A stretch of DNA of 64,000 nucleotides from the NCBI RefSeq assembly GCF_963921235.1, contig NC_086097.1:213778001-213842000 (forward strand). The letters are read 5' to 3'. Positions 49,546-62,749 of this stretch are shown piece after piece (positions within the stretch are counted from its first letter, which is position 1; each line of letters begins with the position of its first letter). The translations under genes were made by a program, and so were the position numbers. The notes beneath the pieces are model-generated. The model did not search any database and was not told where the DNA came from. It was given only the letters and a program-made list of their open reading frames with translations. The DNA comes from Mobula hypostoma (taxonomy: Eukaryota).

Positions 49546-51024
49546 TTATATTTCTATTCTTTTTTCAGAAAGGGAACAATGCTGTCATTTTGTTTCACAT
49601 TTAACCGGATTTTCATGTTCTGGCAACCAATTGGAACAGGTCGCATGGCCCAGTTTCCCAGGCTGGAAACAAAAGTAATATTCCATTCAAGTGCTTGGCT
49701 GCCTGGATTATCTCCCAGGAGTCCAGTGGCCTGGTCCAGATGGCAATTGGGCCACAAGGGCAAGAGGCAGGGGGTAAACACAGTGTGCAGAGTGCAGGCC
49801 CCCAGATCATCCTGATAGCCTTTAACAGCTGGCAAAACTGTGGGCAGGGGAGGGAGGTTTGGCTTTGCCACCTGTCAAAGTTGCTATTGATTTTAACAAT
49901 TTTTAAATGCTTTGAGAATTTCAAGGGCGCTTACAATGCAAATAAATAATTAAAAAACAACGGAAAGCACTGAAGTAAAAGAGTTTAAATTATCTGTCCA
50001 CTTCGCAAATAGGCTTTTTCTCTGCAATCCTTATCAAGACTAACGTGGCTCAAGAGGCAATTCCACAGCTTAATGGTGGGTGACAGTGAGGGAAGGGCTG
50101 GTGCAGGTGGTTCTCCCAAGAACTGGGTTACACTTCTTGACTCCTGTCAGAGTCTAGCAGTGGAGTACGCTGATGGTCTGTCATTAAACCTTGCATTGCC
50201 TGGGTTTCATAAAACATGCACACTGGTCTCAGTTTTAATGGTTGAATGCAAGCAGCTTAGATTTTTAAAAGCTGTTTTCCATTTTGGTAACTCACAGTAA
50301 ACATTGACAGGACATTACGAGCTTTAATTCTGGATCCTGCCTAACGTGTTCGATATGAAGCGACAAAGCAAATCAGTTTTAGCAGACAGACTGAGCGCTG
50401 GAGAGGTTACAGCAGGAGTGTGAGTAATTAAATGGGCTGAAGTTCAGAAATTACAATGTCAGCACTTCTATAAATTAAGTAATGAAGAGAAATCCTGATT
50501 CAAGCATTAAATTTCTTGGCAAATTAATTTCTGCATTTGTCAGGTTTCAAGTGCCGCAGATAATTAGAGGTCAAACTATCCCAGAGGTTCCATTTCTTAC
50601 CTGCCTCTATTAAGAAGAGAGAACACAAAAGGACATTGAAGTACTGACTGTCATATGTTCTATGAAGGTTGCTTTATTCACTCTACACCCTCGGTACATA
50701 ATGGACAAAAAGGAGCAGGAATGCTACTTCATCGTCTCATTTTACGGACGGAAAACAGGTGCAATTGGGCAATTTCATGGATCAGTATCCTGCCACCAAT
50801 GACGCCTAAAAGGCACCTGACCCAAACAAACCCAGGACAGGTAATCAGCCTGTTGCCGAATGCTTGCTTTTACATCATAGTTCAGGTAATGCAACTGCCC
50901 GAGCACAGCAGGCATCCAATCTATCCCGCTCACATCTTCCAGATGTGGATGGAGCTTTTGAAACAGTGTAAGTCTTGGTTCTTGTCCCCGAGTCAAAAGT
51001 TTTGAGTAATGTACCAGAAACATA

Positions 51025-51392
51025 ATCAGAATCAATATCAGAATCAGGTGTAATATCAGTGGCATATGTTGTGAAATGTGTGGTTTTTTTTGTGGTAGCA
51101 GTACATTGCAATACATAATAATAAAAATTGTGAATTACTGTAGGTATGTATTTTTAATGTCCATGTCCATTCAATATCCATTCAGAAACCTGACAGCAGA
51201 GGGGAAGAAGCTGATCTTGAATTGTTGAATGTGTGCCTTCAGACTCCCGTACCTCCTTCCTGATGGTAACAATGGGAAGAGGGCATATCCTGGCTGACGG
51301 GGTCTTTAATGATGGCAGCCACCTTTTTGAGGCATCGCTCCTTGAAGATGTCCTGGATGCTGGGGAGGGTAGTGCCCACGATGGAACTGATG
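51025..51392 (-). mobile_element. Rex1-type LINE 3' fragment
   Basis: Collinear with 10836-11210; (gattct)n tail. Confidence 0.8.
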
Positions 51393-51727
51393 GAGTTCGC
51401 ACCAAATACAGCACCCTAACAGAGGCATGAACCTCAGATTCCAGGTCTGACTCTCTATTGTTGAATCTACTTAGGTAAGAACAATATGGTTGTTCTCATC
51501 TTTCCTGGGCTTGGGAGAAGCAATTCAAACAGGACAGAGATTCCTGATCCTAACTGATGTATCCATGTATTTAAATATTTTACGGGAGCAGTGTATTTCA
51601 CAATGTGTATTTAAATGTTATACTGGAACAATGATCTCCACTTTTTTTCAAGCCTGGGCAAGAAGCCTAAGTATCTCAGAGATATTTTACTATTAACTTG
51701 ACGCATGACTGATTACTCTTTAATAAT

Positions 51728-51988
51728 GTTTAGGGGTAACATGAGGGGGAACTTCTTTACTCAGAGAGTGGTGGCTGTGTGGAACGAGCTTCCAGTAGAA
51801 ATGGTTGAGGCAGGTTCGATGTTGTCATTTAAACTTAAATTGGATAGCTATATGGACAGGAAAGGAATGGAGGGTTATGGGCTGAGTGCAGGTCAGTGGG
51901 ACTAGGTGAGAGTAAGAGTTCGGCACGGACTAGAAGGGCCGAGATGGCCTGTTTTCGTGCTGTAATTGTTATATGGTTATATGTTATA
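51728..51988 (+). mobile_element. CR1 3' fragment
   Basis: RGNFFTQRVVAVWNELP; gttatatggttatatg tail. Confidence 0.9.
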
Positions 51989-52125
51989 TAATGCAATTTT
52001 ACAGAGCTACTTGAGTAGCTACAATCTGTTTCTAGAATGAAATGTTACTTATGAAAGAAAAGTGGGAAAACTTATGGGATCAGGAAGATTGTGGGGCAAA
52101 TATAATTTTCTAGAGCAGAATAATA

Positions 52126-52207
52126 TACACACACATACACAAAACATGCACGCATACACTCAGATAAACACATTGACAGACACACACACACACACATACA
52201 CACACAC
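52126..52207. repeat. Imperfect (CA)n microsatellite
   Basis: Runs of cacaca seen directly. Confidence 0.9.
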
Positions 52208-53472
52208 AGGGCTATTGCTATTGAGTTCTCCCCCCCTCACCCATCCCCCGTCACCACTTCCCTTCATCTACACTTTCCTTGTTCTCTCACATCAACAGTT
52301 CTCCTTGTCTGTGACCCTCTGGCTTTCTGAACCGCTTCTGCCTGTCCCCGGTCATCCTCCATTTGATCCTTACACCCATTCCCTCTATTTGCTCACCTGC
52401 TCATGCCCCCAGCCACTCTCTGGTCTCCAGCTCTTGATTCCAGCCACACGTTCGCTCTGGCTCCTCACCGCGTACTTGACCCAGTTCCTGGTCATGTTCT
52501 GTTCACACCCGCTTAGAGTGGATGAGAATCACCACAGGCTCGTAGGCGTTGCAATGGACAATACTAAAAGGAGAATTAACTGCACACTTAGAATATTATG
52601 TCATTTAGTGGCTCCAGCAGAGGAAAAAAATGGATAATTATGGAAATAGAGAATGGAGAAGTGCTAATTTAACTGTTTGTTACGCGCTGAGCCAGATTGA
52701 AAAGGTCAAGGTGTCCAGACCTGAGGTGAGGAGCGAGCCGGTTTAGATCGCTGCTCAAAGTGGCAGAAACTGTTGTTCGGATGGAGAGTTAGCACCGGGC
52801 CAGATTGAAAAGGTCAAGGTGTAGGGGCCTGAAGTGAGGTACAGGCTGGTTTAGATCTCTGTTCCATGATGTTTACTCGACTCTGTGCTGAACTATGGAA
52901 CTCTCTTTACGAACTTCAGTTCAGAAACACTATTTGCTTGCGGTTGTGTTTACATGATTTTTTTTTCATTGCACATTGGGCGTTCGACGGTCTTTTTCAT
53001 GGCTTCTTTTATTCTTCTATTTCCTTATGGGTATAATGTGTTTTTTCTCTCTGCACATTGAGTTTTAGACAGTCTTCTTTATATAGATATATATAGGGTT
53101 TGTTTTGGGGTTTCTTTGTATTGTGTCTTCCTGTTAGGAGATGAATCTCGAGGTTGTAAAATGTATATACACTTTGATAATAAATGTACCTTGAACGTTG
53201 CGTTATTTTCAATATAGGATTGAACTTGAAGTGAAAATCAATTACAATCATTTCTGGTTTTCTAGCATCCGCAGGATCTCTCGTGTTTATATTTTAATCT
53301 CCATGGTTTCAGTTGATTTTCTGACTAGCCTATGATATGACAATGATGTGACCTTCCCTGACCACTGCTCTCTACTTAGCCTTCTGATCTGTAGAAGCCA
53401 AACCAGCAACGTTTGAAACTTCTTGAGCTGCAACTCCTCTGATATTTTAGGCTATTGATATCCAATGACAGA

Positions 53473-56400
53473 ATATAGAACATATAGAATAGTACAACAG
53501 AGTACAGGCCCCTCGGCTCACAATGTTGTGCCGACCCTCAAACCTTGCCTCCCATATAAGCCCCCACCTTAAATTCCTCCATATACCTGTCTAGTAGTCT
53601 CTTAAACTTCACTAGTGTATCTGCCTCCACCACTGACTCAGGCAGTGCATTCCACGCACCAACCACTCTCTGAGTAAAAAAACTTCCTCTAATATCCCCC
53701 TTGAACTTCCCACCCCTTACCTTAAAGCCATGTCCTCTTGTTTTGAGCAGTAGTGCCCTGGGGAAGAGGTGCTGGCTATCCACTCTATCTATTCCTCTTA
53801 TTATCTTGTACACCTCTATCATGTCTCCTCTCATCCTCCTTCTCTCCAAAGAGTAAAGCCCTAGCTCCCTTAATCTCTGATCATAATGCATACTCTCTAA
53901 ACCAGGCAGCATCCTGCTAAATCTCCTCAGTACCCTTTCCAATGCTTCCACATCCTTCCTATAGTGAGGCGACCAGAACTGGACACAGTACTCCAAGTGA
54001 GGCCTAACCAGAGTTTTATAGAGCTGTATCATTACATCATGACTCTTAAACTCTATCCCTTGACTTATGAAAGCTAACACCCCATAAGCTTTCTTAACTA
54101 CCCTATCCAACCGTGAGGCAACTTTCAGGGGTCTGTGGACATGTACCCCCAGATCCCTCTGCTCCTCCACACTACCAAGTATCTTGCCATTTACTTTGTA
54201 CTCTGCCTTGGAGTTTGTCCTTCCAAAGTGTACCACCTCACACTTCTCTGGGTTGAAATCCATCTGCCACTTCTCAGCCCACTTCTGCATCCTATCAATG
54301 TCTCTCTGCAATCTTTGACAATCCTCTACACCATCTACAACACCACCAACCTTTGTGTTGTCTGCAAACTTGCCAACCCACCCTTCTACCCCCACATCCA
54401 GGTCGTTAATAAAAATTACAGAAAGTAGAGGTCCCAGAACAGATCCTTGTGGGACACCACTAATCACAACCCTCCAATCTGAATGTACTCCCTCCACCAC
54501 AACACTCTGCCTTCTGCAGGCAAGCCAATTCTGAATCCACCTGGCCAAACTTCCGTGGATCCCATGCCTTCTGACTTTCTGAATAAGCCTACTGTGTGGA
54601 ACCTTGTCAAATGCCTTACAAAAATCCATATAGATCACATCCACTGCACTACCCTCATCTATATGCCTGGTCACCTCCTCAAAGAACTCTATCAGGCTTG
54701 TTAGACACGATCTGCCCTCCACAAGGCATGCTGACTGTCCCTGATCAGACCATGATTCTCTAAATGCCCAGTGATCCTATCTCTAAGATTCTTTTCCAAC
54801 AGCTTTCCCACCACAGACGTAAGGCTCACTGGTCTATAATTACCCGGACTATCCCTACTACCTTTTTTGAACAAGGGGACAACATTCGCCTCCCTCTAAT
54901 CCTCCGGTACCATTCCTGTGGACAACGAGGACATAAAGAACTTAGCTAGAGGCTCAGCAATCTCTTCCCTCGCCTCGTGGAGCAGCCTGGGGAATATTCC
55001 GTCAAGCCCTGGGGACTTATCCATCCTAATGTATTTTAATAACTCCAACACCTCCTCTCCCTTAATATCAACAAGCTCCAGAACATCAACCTCACTCATA
55101 TTGTCCTCACCATCATCAAGTTCCCTCTCATTGGTGAATACTGAAAAGAAGTATTCATTGAGGATCTTGCTCACTTCCACAGCCTCCAGGCACATCTTCC
55201 CACCTTTATCTTTAATTGGTCCTACCTTCACTCCTGTCATCCTTTTTTTCTTCACATAATTGAAGAATGCCTTGGGGTTTTCCTTTTCCTTACTCGCCAC
55301 GGCCTTCTCATGGCCCCTTCTTGCTCTTCCGGGGAATTATAGACCGGTTAGCCTAACGTCGGTGGTGGGGAAACTGCTGGAGTCAGTTATCAAAGATGTG
55401 ATAACAGCACATTTGGAAAGCGGTGAAATGATCGGACAAAGTCAGCATGGATTTGTGAAAGGAAAATCATGTCTGACGAATCTCATAGAATTTTTTGAGG
55501 ATGTAACTAGTAGAGTGGATAGGGGAGAACCAGTGGATGTGGTATATTTGGATTTTCAAAAGGCTTTTGACAAGGTCCCACACTGGAGATTAGTGTGCAA
55601 ACTTAAAGCACACGGTATTGGGGGTATGGTATTGGTGTGGGTGGAGAATTGGTTAGCAGACAGGAAGCAAAGAGTGGGAATAAACGGGACCTTTTCAGAA
55701 TGACAGGCGGTGACTAGTGGGGTACCGCAAGGCTCAGTGCTGGGACCCCAGTTGTTTACAATATATATTAATGACTTGAATGAGGGAATTAAATGCAGCA
55801 TCTCCAAGTTTGCGGATGACACGAAGCTGGGTGGCAGTGTTAGCAGTGAGGAGGATGCTAAGAGGATGCAGGGTGACTTGGATAGGTTGGGTGAGTGGGC
55901 AAATTCATGGCAGATGCAATTTAATGTGGATAAATGTGAAGTTATCCACTTTGGTGGCAAAAATAGGAAAACAGATTATTATCTGAATGGTGGCCGATTA
56001 GGAAAAGGGAAGGTGCAACGAGACCTGGGTGTCATTATACACCAGTCATTGAAAGTGGGCATGCAAGTACAGCAGGCGGTGAAAAAGGTGAATGGTATGC
56101 TGGCATTTATAGCGAGAGGATTCGAGTACAGGAGCAGGGAGGTACTACTGCAGTTGTACAAGGCCTTGGTGAGACCACACCTGGTGTATTGTGTGCAGTT
56201 TTGGTCCCCTAATCTGAGGAAAGACATCCTTGCCATAGAGGGAGTACAAAGAAGGTTCACCAGATTGATTCCTGGGATGGCAGGACTTTCATATGAAGAA
56301 AGACTGGATGAACTGGGCTTGTACTTGTTGGAATTTAGAAGATTGAGGGGGGATCTGATTGAAACGTATAAGATCCTAAAGGGATTGGACAGGCTAGATG

Positions 56401-57250
56401 CAGGAAGATTGTTCCCGATGTTGGGGAAGTCCAGAATGAGGGGCCACAGTTTGAGGATAGAGGGGAAGCCTTTTAGGACCGAGATTAGGAAAAACTTCTT
56501 CACACAGAGAGTGGTGAATCTGTGGAATTCTCTGCCACAGGAAACTGTTGAGGCCAGATCATTGGCTATGTTTAAGAGGGAGTTAGATATGGCCCTTGTG
56601 GCTACGGGGGTCAGGGGGTATGGAGGGAAGGCTGGGGCGGGGTTCTGAGTTGGATGATCAGCCATGATCATAATAAATGGTGGTGCAGGCTCGAAGGGCC
56701 GAATGGCCTACTCCTGCACCTATTTTCTATGTTTCTATGTTTCTCAGCCCCTTCTTAAGCTCCTTTCTTGCTTCCCTATATTCCTCAATAGACCCATCTG
56801 ATCCTTGCTTCCTAAACCTCATGTATGCTGCCTTCTTCCACCTGACTAGATTTACCACCTCACTTGTCACCCATGGTTCCTTCACCCTACCATTCTTTAT
56901 CTTCCTCACCGGGACAAATTTATCCCTAACATCCTGCAAGAGATCTCTAAACATCGACCACATGTCCATAGTAAATTTCCCTGCAAAAACATCATCCCAA
57001 TTCACACCCACAAGTTCTAGCCTCATAGCCTCATAATTTGCCCCTCCCCAATTAAAAATTTTCCTGTTCTCTCTGATTCTATCCTTTTCCATGGTAATGC
57101 TCAAGGCCAGGGAATGGTGGTCACTGTCCCCCAGATGCTCACCCACTGAGAGATCTGTGACCTGACCCGGTTCATTAACTAGTACTAGATCTAGTATGGC
57201 ATTCCCCCTAGTTGGTCTGTCCACATACTGTGACAGGAATCTGTCCCTAA
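53473..57250 (-). mobile_element. CR1 LINE (end of endonuclease to 3' UTR), interrupted by a second CR1
   Basis: ORFs 56727-57488 (QYVDRPTRGNAILDLVL..SDH), 54896-55300 and 53538-54722 (RT; FADD mutated to FADN); (ttctat)n-type tail at 53473-53490. Confidence 0.95.
55330..56743 (+). mobile_element. Younger 5'-truncated CR1 nested antisense inside the previous CR1
   Basis: PGNYRPVSLTSVVGK...GVPQGSVLGP...KFADDTK with one in-frame TGA; (ctatgttt)n tail; removal restores the host frame ELKKGLRRARRGHEKA. Confidence 0.95.
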
Positions 57251-60082
57251 CACAGGAACATTCCAGACTACTGACCCACCACCCTCTGACATTCACCATC
57301 CCTGATCCCATGATCCTATAATGTTTAGGACCCCCACTTCTAATCTTCCATGTTCCAGTTCCCTTGAGTTTCTCTGATATCTTAGTCAAAGATGAGCTCA
57401 TTGTCATAAGCACAAGTACATGAGGTGCAATGACAAACTTACCTGCAGCAACATTGCAGGAACACAACATTGGATACACAACATTCACAAGAAAAGTATA
57501 AATTTAAATCATAAATTATATAAAATTATACAGGAAAGAATGCACATAGGACAAAAAAAAAACTAGAGAACAACGTGCATTATAGGCCTCTCAATTACTT
57601 GCGCTGTCCAACCCTCTAATTATCTGAGACACCTGATCCCAAGTCATTTAATGGATCTTTACTTCTGATGCTGTGTTGTTTTCCCCGTCCCAAAAATGCC
57701 AAATTTCTCTCACCTTTTGTTCACTTACTTTGTGGATCAATCTGCCGCCCAAGGCCCAATGTTCAGCATTCTGCCATAGGCCCTCTCCCCACCTTGTACC
57801 ACGGGCCTCCAGTATATTGTCCATCAGAAAGATCTGCAGCACTCTTTCAGTAAACCTGTACCTTTGGAATTTGTGCTAGAAAGCTCAAAACCAAGAGAGT
57901 TTTTTACCCATTTGGGTACACTACCCTCTCTAGGTAATATACTCTAAAATGCAGTAAAATTGGAAGGCATAGAACAATGTGCTGATGAGACTATATAAAA
58001 CAATTAACACTACTGATAGATTTCCAGGAACATGAATTCCCCTAACCTAAGTTCTCTGGTTTGTGCAATTAATTTGCCAAAAGCCATTATCTTAGCTAAA
58101 TCTACTAACGTATAAATCTACGCATATTGGTTGTGATGTTAAACTTGCGAGATTAAGAAATATTATAAAAATTTTCTGAAAAATAGGTTGGATCAGATAG
58201 CAGTTATAATTATTATGTACAATACATATTACACATATACTTCTAACACTTCATACTCTCATCATCTTGTGTTATAACATATGATTGAATTTCGTCCAAA
58301 GATAAAAGCATGAGCTTTAACATCTAACCCACCACACCCACTCCCTGCCAAAAAAAAAGCACAGCTGGATATAATTTTACTAAATTTGCAATTAATAATT
58401 TAACTTTAAATAAAAATGTACCTCAGTTTAAAATTATGGGAATACAAAACTACTGGTGGTGAAATTAAGTATAACTTAAAACATTCATGTCAGAAAAATT
58501 GAACTATATATTCTTTCATAAATAAAAATGTGTGTTAAACATGGCATTACTTATACACATCAGAAAATAAAATGGATTTGAAGCTGCTTGTACAATCATT
58601 TACTCCACTGACTAAAAATGTGACAGTCGGAGAAGTGAATTACTAGTATAGCTCTGAAGACAGGTGTGAAGCAAGACAGAGTGACACCACTTCAGGGAGA
58701 CCAACTCACCCAATTTCATTCTATGACACTCCTAATTTAAAAAGTGATTCGTGGGTGCGGGGTGGAATCCAAACTTGTTTAAATATTTTAAGAATGCAGA
58801 TATTCCTTCTGTACTCCCACTATATTTTAAATTTATTACCTGAGGGAAGATTACTGTCATTAACAGAGTGCGTGAAAGAAAGAGGGTGAAGTTTTAGAAT
58901 GACCTGTGGAGGCAAGTAAAATAACTACATTGGTTAGAGAGGGCAAAGTTCCTCTGTAAGTTGATTTGTATTTCTAATCTCTAGTGATGCACGATGTTGT
59001 AGAGAAAATCATTTGTGAAGGGAAAGAATGTCTATTGAGATGTTTTTCAGAAAAACGTGGGCAGATGTATCTACTGCAAAATCAAAGGCCATTTTATTAT
59101 TATACTATTTCATAAATTAAATTTAATAAACTGTTAGGAATAAGAAAATTCAAAATGAGGTCGATGTCATAGTTTTTTTATTTTTAAATCCTCTGCTCTA
59201 GATATCTAAGCAAAATGTTTCACCAATCGGCAGCTGCAGGACATGTGCATGTTTCTATACTTCCTTACTCCAACCTGCAAAGAATCAGGGTGAAAGAAAA
59301 TATCAGGCAAAAATTCCATACTTGCATTTAGGCACTTTTTAAAAAAAAAAGAAAACAAATTAGAAACAAATTATCTTCTCTGTAATAGTTACCTGATTCC
59401 ACAAAAGGAAGCCTTTTTCCGAAATTATGAACAGAGAATAATTTCCAGTAAATGTATGTTAACCATTAAAAACAACCTTACTTTAAAGAATATTGCATGC
59501 CTTTATTTCTTTTGGATTTAAAAATACCAACCAAAGCACCAGGATGCCTGATAATTTAACAGGAAATAAATCACATGCTGTAAATGCTCACATCCTCTTC
59601 AAACTAACAAATCCCTTTCCTGAAAATCTGGATGCAGAATTAGTGAGGAAGACAGATGAATTGGTTTCTTTTAACCAAAGCTTGAATTTCAACCACCAAC
59701 AATGTCATTACTTGTTTACTGATTTGATAGTCTTATATTTCAAAAAGTTTATTGGATTGCCAAGCTAGGATTTTTGCATGGTTGAGAAGCAGCTATGTCA
59801 AAAGGGTTAAGAAAAACTTCAAAAAATTGCTATTCCATCAATACTTGTAAAACATTTTTTATCTGCAACTTCAGAAGTCAGTCGAACTTGTCATCAGTCG
59901 ACCACTTTACTGTAAGACTCATGTGACCTTGTCTTGTCGCTTTGATTCAAATTACAGAAGCCTAGAAAGCATACCGAGTTCTGCAGCTCTCAGAGGATCA
60001 AGTCAGACTGCTGCTTAGATTTCAGAGTAGTGCTTGGAATCTCTGTAGATGATTGGGAAAGGCATGTGGAATCCAAAGAAAA

Positions 60083-61715
60083 TGCACACAAAATGCAGGA
60101 GGAACTCAGCAGGTCAGACAGCCTCTACGGAAAAGAATAAGCAGTGGACGAATTGGGCCGAGACAGTTCTTCAGAACTGAGAAGGAAGGATGAAGATGTC
60201 AGAAGAAAAAGGTGGGGGGAAGGAAAAGCGGCTAGCTGGAAGGTGATAGGTGAAGCCAGGTGGGTGGGAAAGGTCAAGAGCTGGAGAAGAATGAATCTGA
60301 TAGGAGAGGAGAATGGATCATAGGAGAAAGGGAAAGAGGAAGGGACTGGGGGAAGTGTAGGCAGGTGAGAAGAGGTAAAAGGTCAGGGTGGGAAACAGAA
60401 GAAGGTGGTTGGGGGGTGGAATTTGTTTGCTGGGAGGAAAAATCAATGTTCATGCCATTATTTGGAAGCTACCCAGATGGAATATAAGGTGTTGCTCCTC
60501 CACCCTGAGGATGGCCTCGTCTTGGCACAAGAGTAGGCTGTAGGATTCTGGTGGATTTTGCTACCATGCTCCTGCCATCACAAGATGACCATGAGCATGT
60601 CAACACACCTCTGTTGTTCCTCCACCCATGAAACATAGGACCTGATTTGGACGTCTTGTCCGAGCTTTGGACAGGCTGACAATGATGGTTGCAGTTAATT
60701 CTGGTGGGTGGGGGGGTCTGTGTAGGGTAATGTAATTGGAGGAAAAGTACATAATTCACATCCATCAACATTGAGTAGGGGTTCACTTTAAGAGGCTGGT
60801 CTGACGTGATGACATAATTACGTAAAATATTTTTACCGTGCTTTGTGCTCAGTGTTTGGAGCACAATAAATAAGTTGTTACAGTTTTTCTTAAGGTTTAT
60901 AAAAGATATCAGTTTGGTTCCAGAGATGGAGACAGAGAGATCAATGAAGGGGAGGAAGGTGTCGGAAATGGACCAAGTGAATTTAAGGGCAGGGTGGAAG
61001 TTAGAGGCAAAGTTGATGAAATTGACAAGTTCAGCATGGGTGCATGAAGCAGCACCAATGCAGTCATCAATGTAGCAGAGAAAGAGTCTTGGTGTATAGC
61101 CAGGGATGCCTTAGAACATGGATTGTTCTATGTAGCCAACAAAAAGGCAGGCCTAGCTGGGGCCCACGTGAATGCCCATGGCTACCCCTGGAGTTCGGAG
61201 AAGGTGGGAGGAGCTGAAGGAAAAATTGTTCAGGGTGAGGGTTAGTTCTGCCAGATGGAAGAGGGTGGTGGTGGAAGGGAATTGCTTGGATATTTTGTCA
61301 AGAAAGAAGCCTGCCTGTTGGGGGATAGAAGTGTACAGGGACTGAATATCCATGGTGAAGATGAGGCAGTCAGGGCCAGGGAATTGAAAGTTACTGAGGA
61401 GATCGAGGGCATGAGAGGTGTTGTAGATGTAGGTGGGAAGGGATTGGACCAAAGGGGATAGAGTGGGATTGAGGTATGAGGACACGAGTTCAGTGGGGCA
61501 GGAGCAGGCTGAAGCAATAGGTTAACCAGGACAGTCTGTTTTCTGATGGTGTGGAGTGGGGTCCTCTTCGAGTGGTAGGTATGAAGAGGAATCTGAGAGT
61601 TGCTGCCTGGCCTTAGCAAAGTAGAGGTCAGTGTGCTGCATGACAACAGCATCTCTTTATCTGCGAGTTTAGTGGTAAAGGTGGGATTGGTGTGGAGAGA
61701 GTGGAGGGTAATGCA
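60083..61715 (-). mobile_element. Degenerate PLE: terminal repeat and end of GIY-YIG (60083-60535), RT (60920-61715)
   Basis: IFTMDIQSLYTSIP...GVAMGIHVGPS; terminal repeat cacacaaaatgc.ggaggaactcagcagg. Confidence 0.88.
60540..60900 (+). mobile_element. Probable Gypsy 3' fragment (end of pol, PPT, partial LTR) inside the PLE
   Basis: RT*FGRLVRALDRL resembles the TRSGRxVRxPxRL pol C-terminus; G-tract ggtgggtgggggg followed by TGT; AATAAA at about 60865. Confidence 0.5.
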
Positions 61716-62179
61716 TCCCTCTCTTTATGATGGAGTTGGCTTACTGACAGAGTGTGGCTCAGTGAGGTACACTGGGTCAAGTTTTCCAATGACTGTTATC
61801 AGATCCTGTTAATCAAATTCAGGGCTGCTGCTGTGTGCATGTTCCATACCAGTGGGTGAGACTTTTACTCCCACATTACACTTAGCATTATTGAGAGCTA
61901 CAGTGCCCCCAGACTTTAATCTAACAAGTGTCCAAAAACCATTGCTTTTTGGATATGAGAAACCTTTCTAATTTACCTATGCAAAACTCGGGAATGCTGG
62001 ATTTTCAAATGTGTTAGAATAATATAATAAAGTGATCCCAGCCAATTTTTAATATTTTAAATATTTAATATTTGTAATCCAGGGAGCAGGAAGCACAGAA
62101 ACAAATATCGCTGTGATGATTGTACATTGTAGTATCAATTGTTTGGCGACAATAAAGTATAAAGTATAAAGTATTTAAT

Positions 62180-62748
62180 GTTCAAAGTAAATTTATTACC
62201 AAAGTGCACGTATGTCATCATATACAACACTGAGATTTATTTTCTTGAGGGCAATCACAGTAAATACACAAAACACAATAGAATCAATTAAAGACTTCAT
62301 CCTACAGAACAGACAACAATTTGAAAAAGAGTAACAAACTATGTACATACAAAAAGAGATAAAAAAATAAATAAGCAATAAATATCGAGAACCTAAGATG
62401 AAGTGTCCTTGAAAGTGAGTCCATAGGTTGTATTCAAATCAGTGTTGGAGTGAGTGAAGTTGTGTGAAATTATCCTCTCTGGTTCAAGAGCCTGATGGTT
62501 GAGGGGTAATAACTGTTCCTGAACCTGGTGGTGTGAGTCCTGAGGCTCCTGTACTTTCTTTGTGATGGCAGCAGTGTGAGGAGAGCATGGCCTGGATGGT
62601 GGGGTTCTTGATATTGATGCTGCTCTCCTGTGATAGCACCCCACATAGATGTGCTTAATGGTAGGGAGGGCTTTTCCCATGATGGACTGGGTTGTATCCG
62701 CTATCGTTTTTTAGGCTTTTCTGTACAAGGTCAATGGTGTTTCCATAC
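62180..62748 (-). mobile_element. Rex1-type LINE 3' fragment
   Basis: GKALPTIKHIY...RAASI; 3' UTR shared with 21385-21660. Confidence 0.8.
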
Positions 62749-62749
62749 T

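Noticed and set aside
52396..52563. Minus-strand exon-like stretch IVHCNAYEPVVILIHSKRV-TGA-TEHDQ..., raising a selenocysteine read-through idea
   Set aside because: No resemblance to any selenoprotein I know, no SECIS identified, and all three frames contain stops.
52062..52637. 191-codon plus-strand ORF
   Set aside because: It runs through a CA microsatellite and pyrimidine-rich low-complexity sequence and has no protein motif.
52692..52858. Two-unit repeat with a period of about 107 bp (gccagattgaaaaggtcaaggtgt...ggtttagatc)
   Set aside because: Probably part of a degraded non-autonomous retroelement ending near 53200; there is no CRISPR-like repeat-spacer structure.
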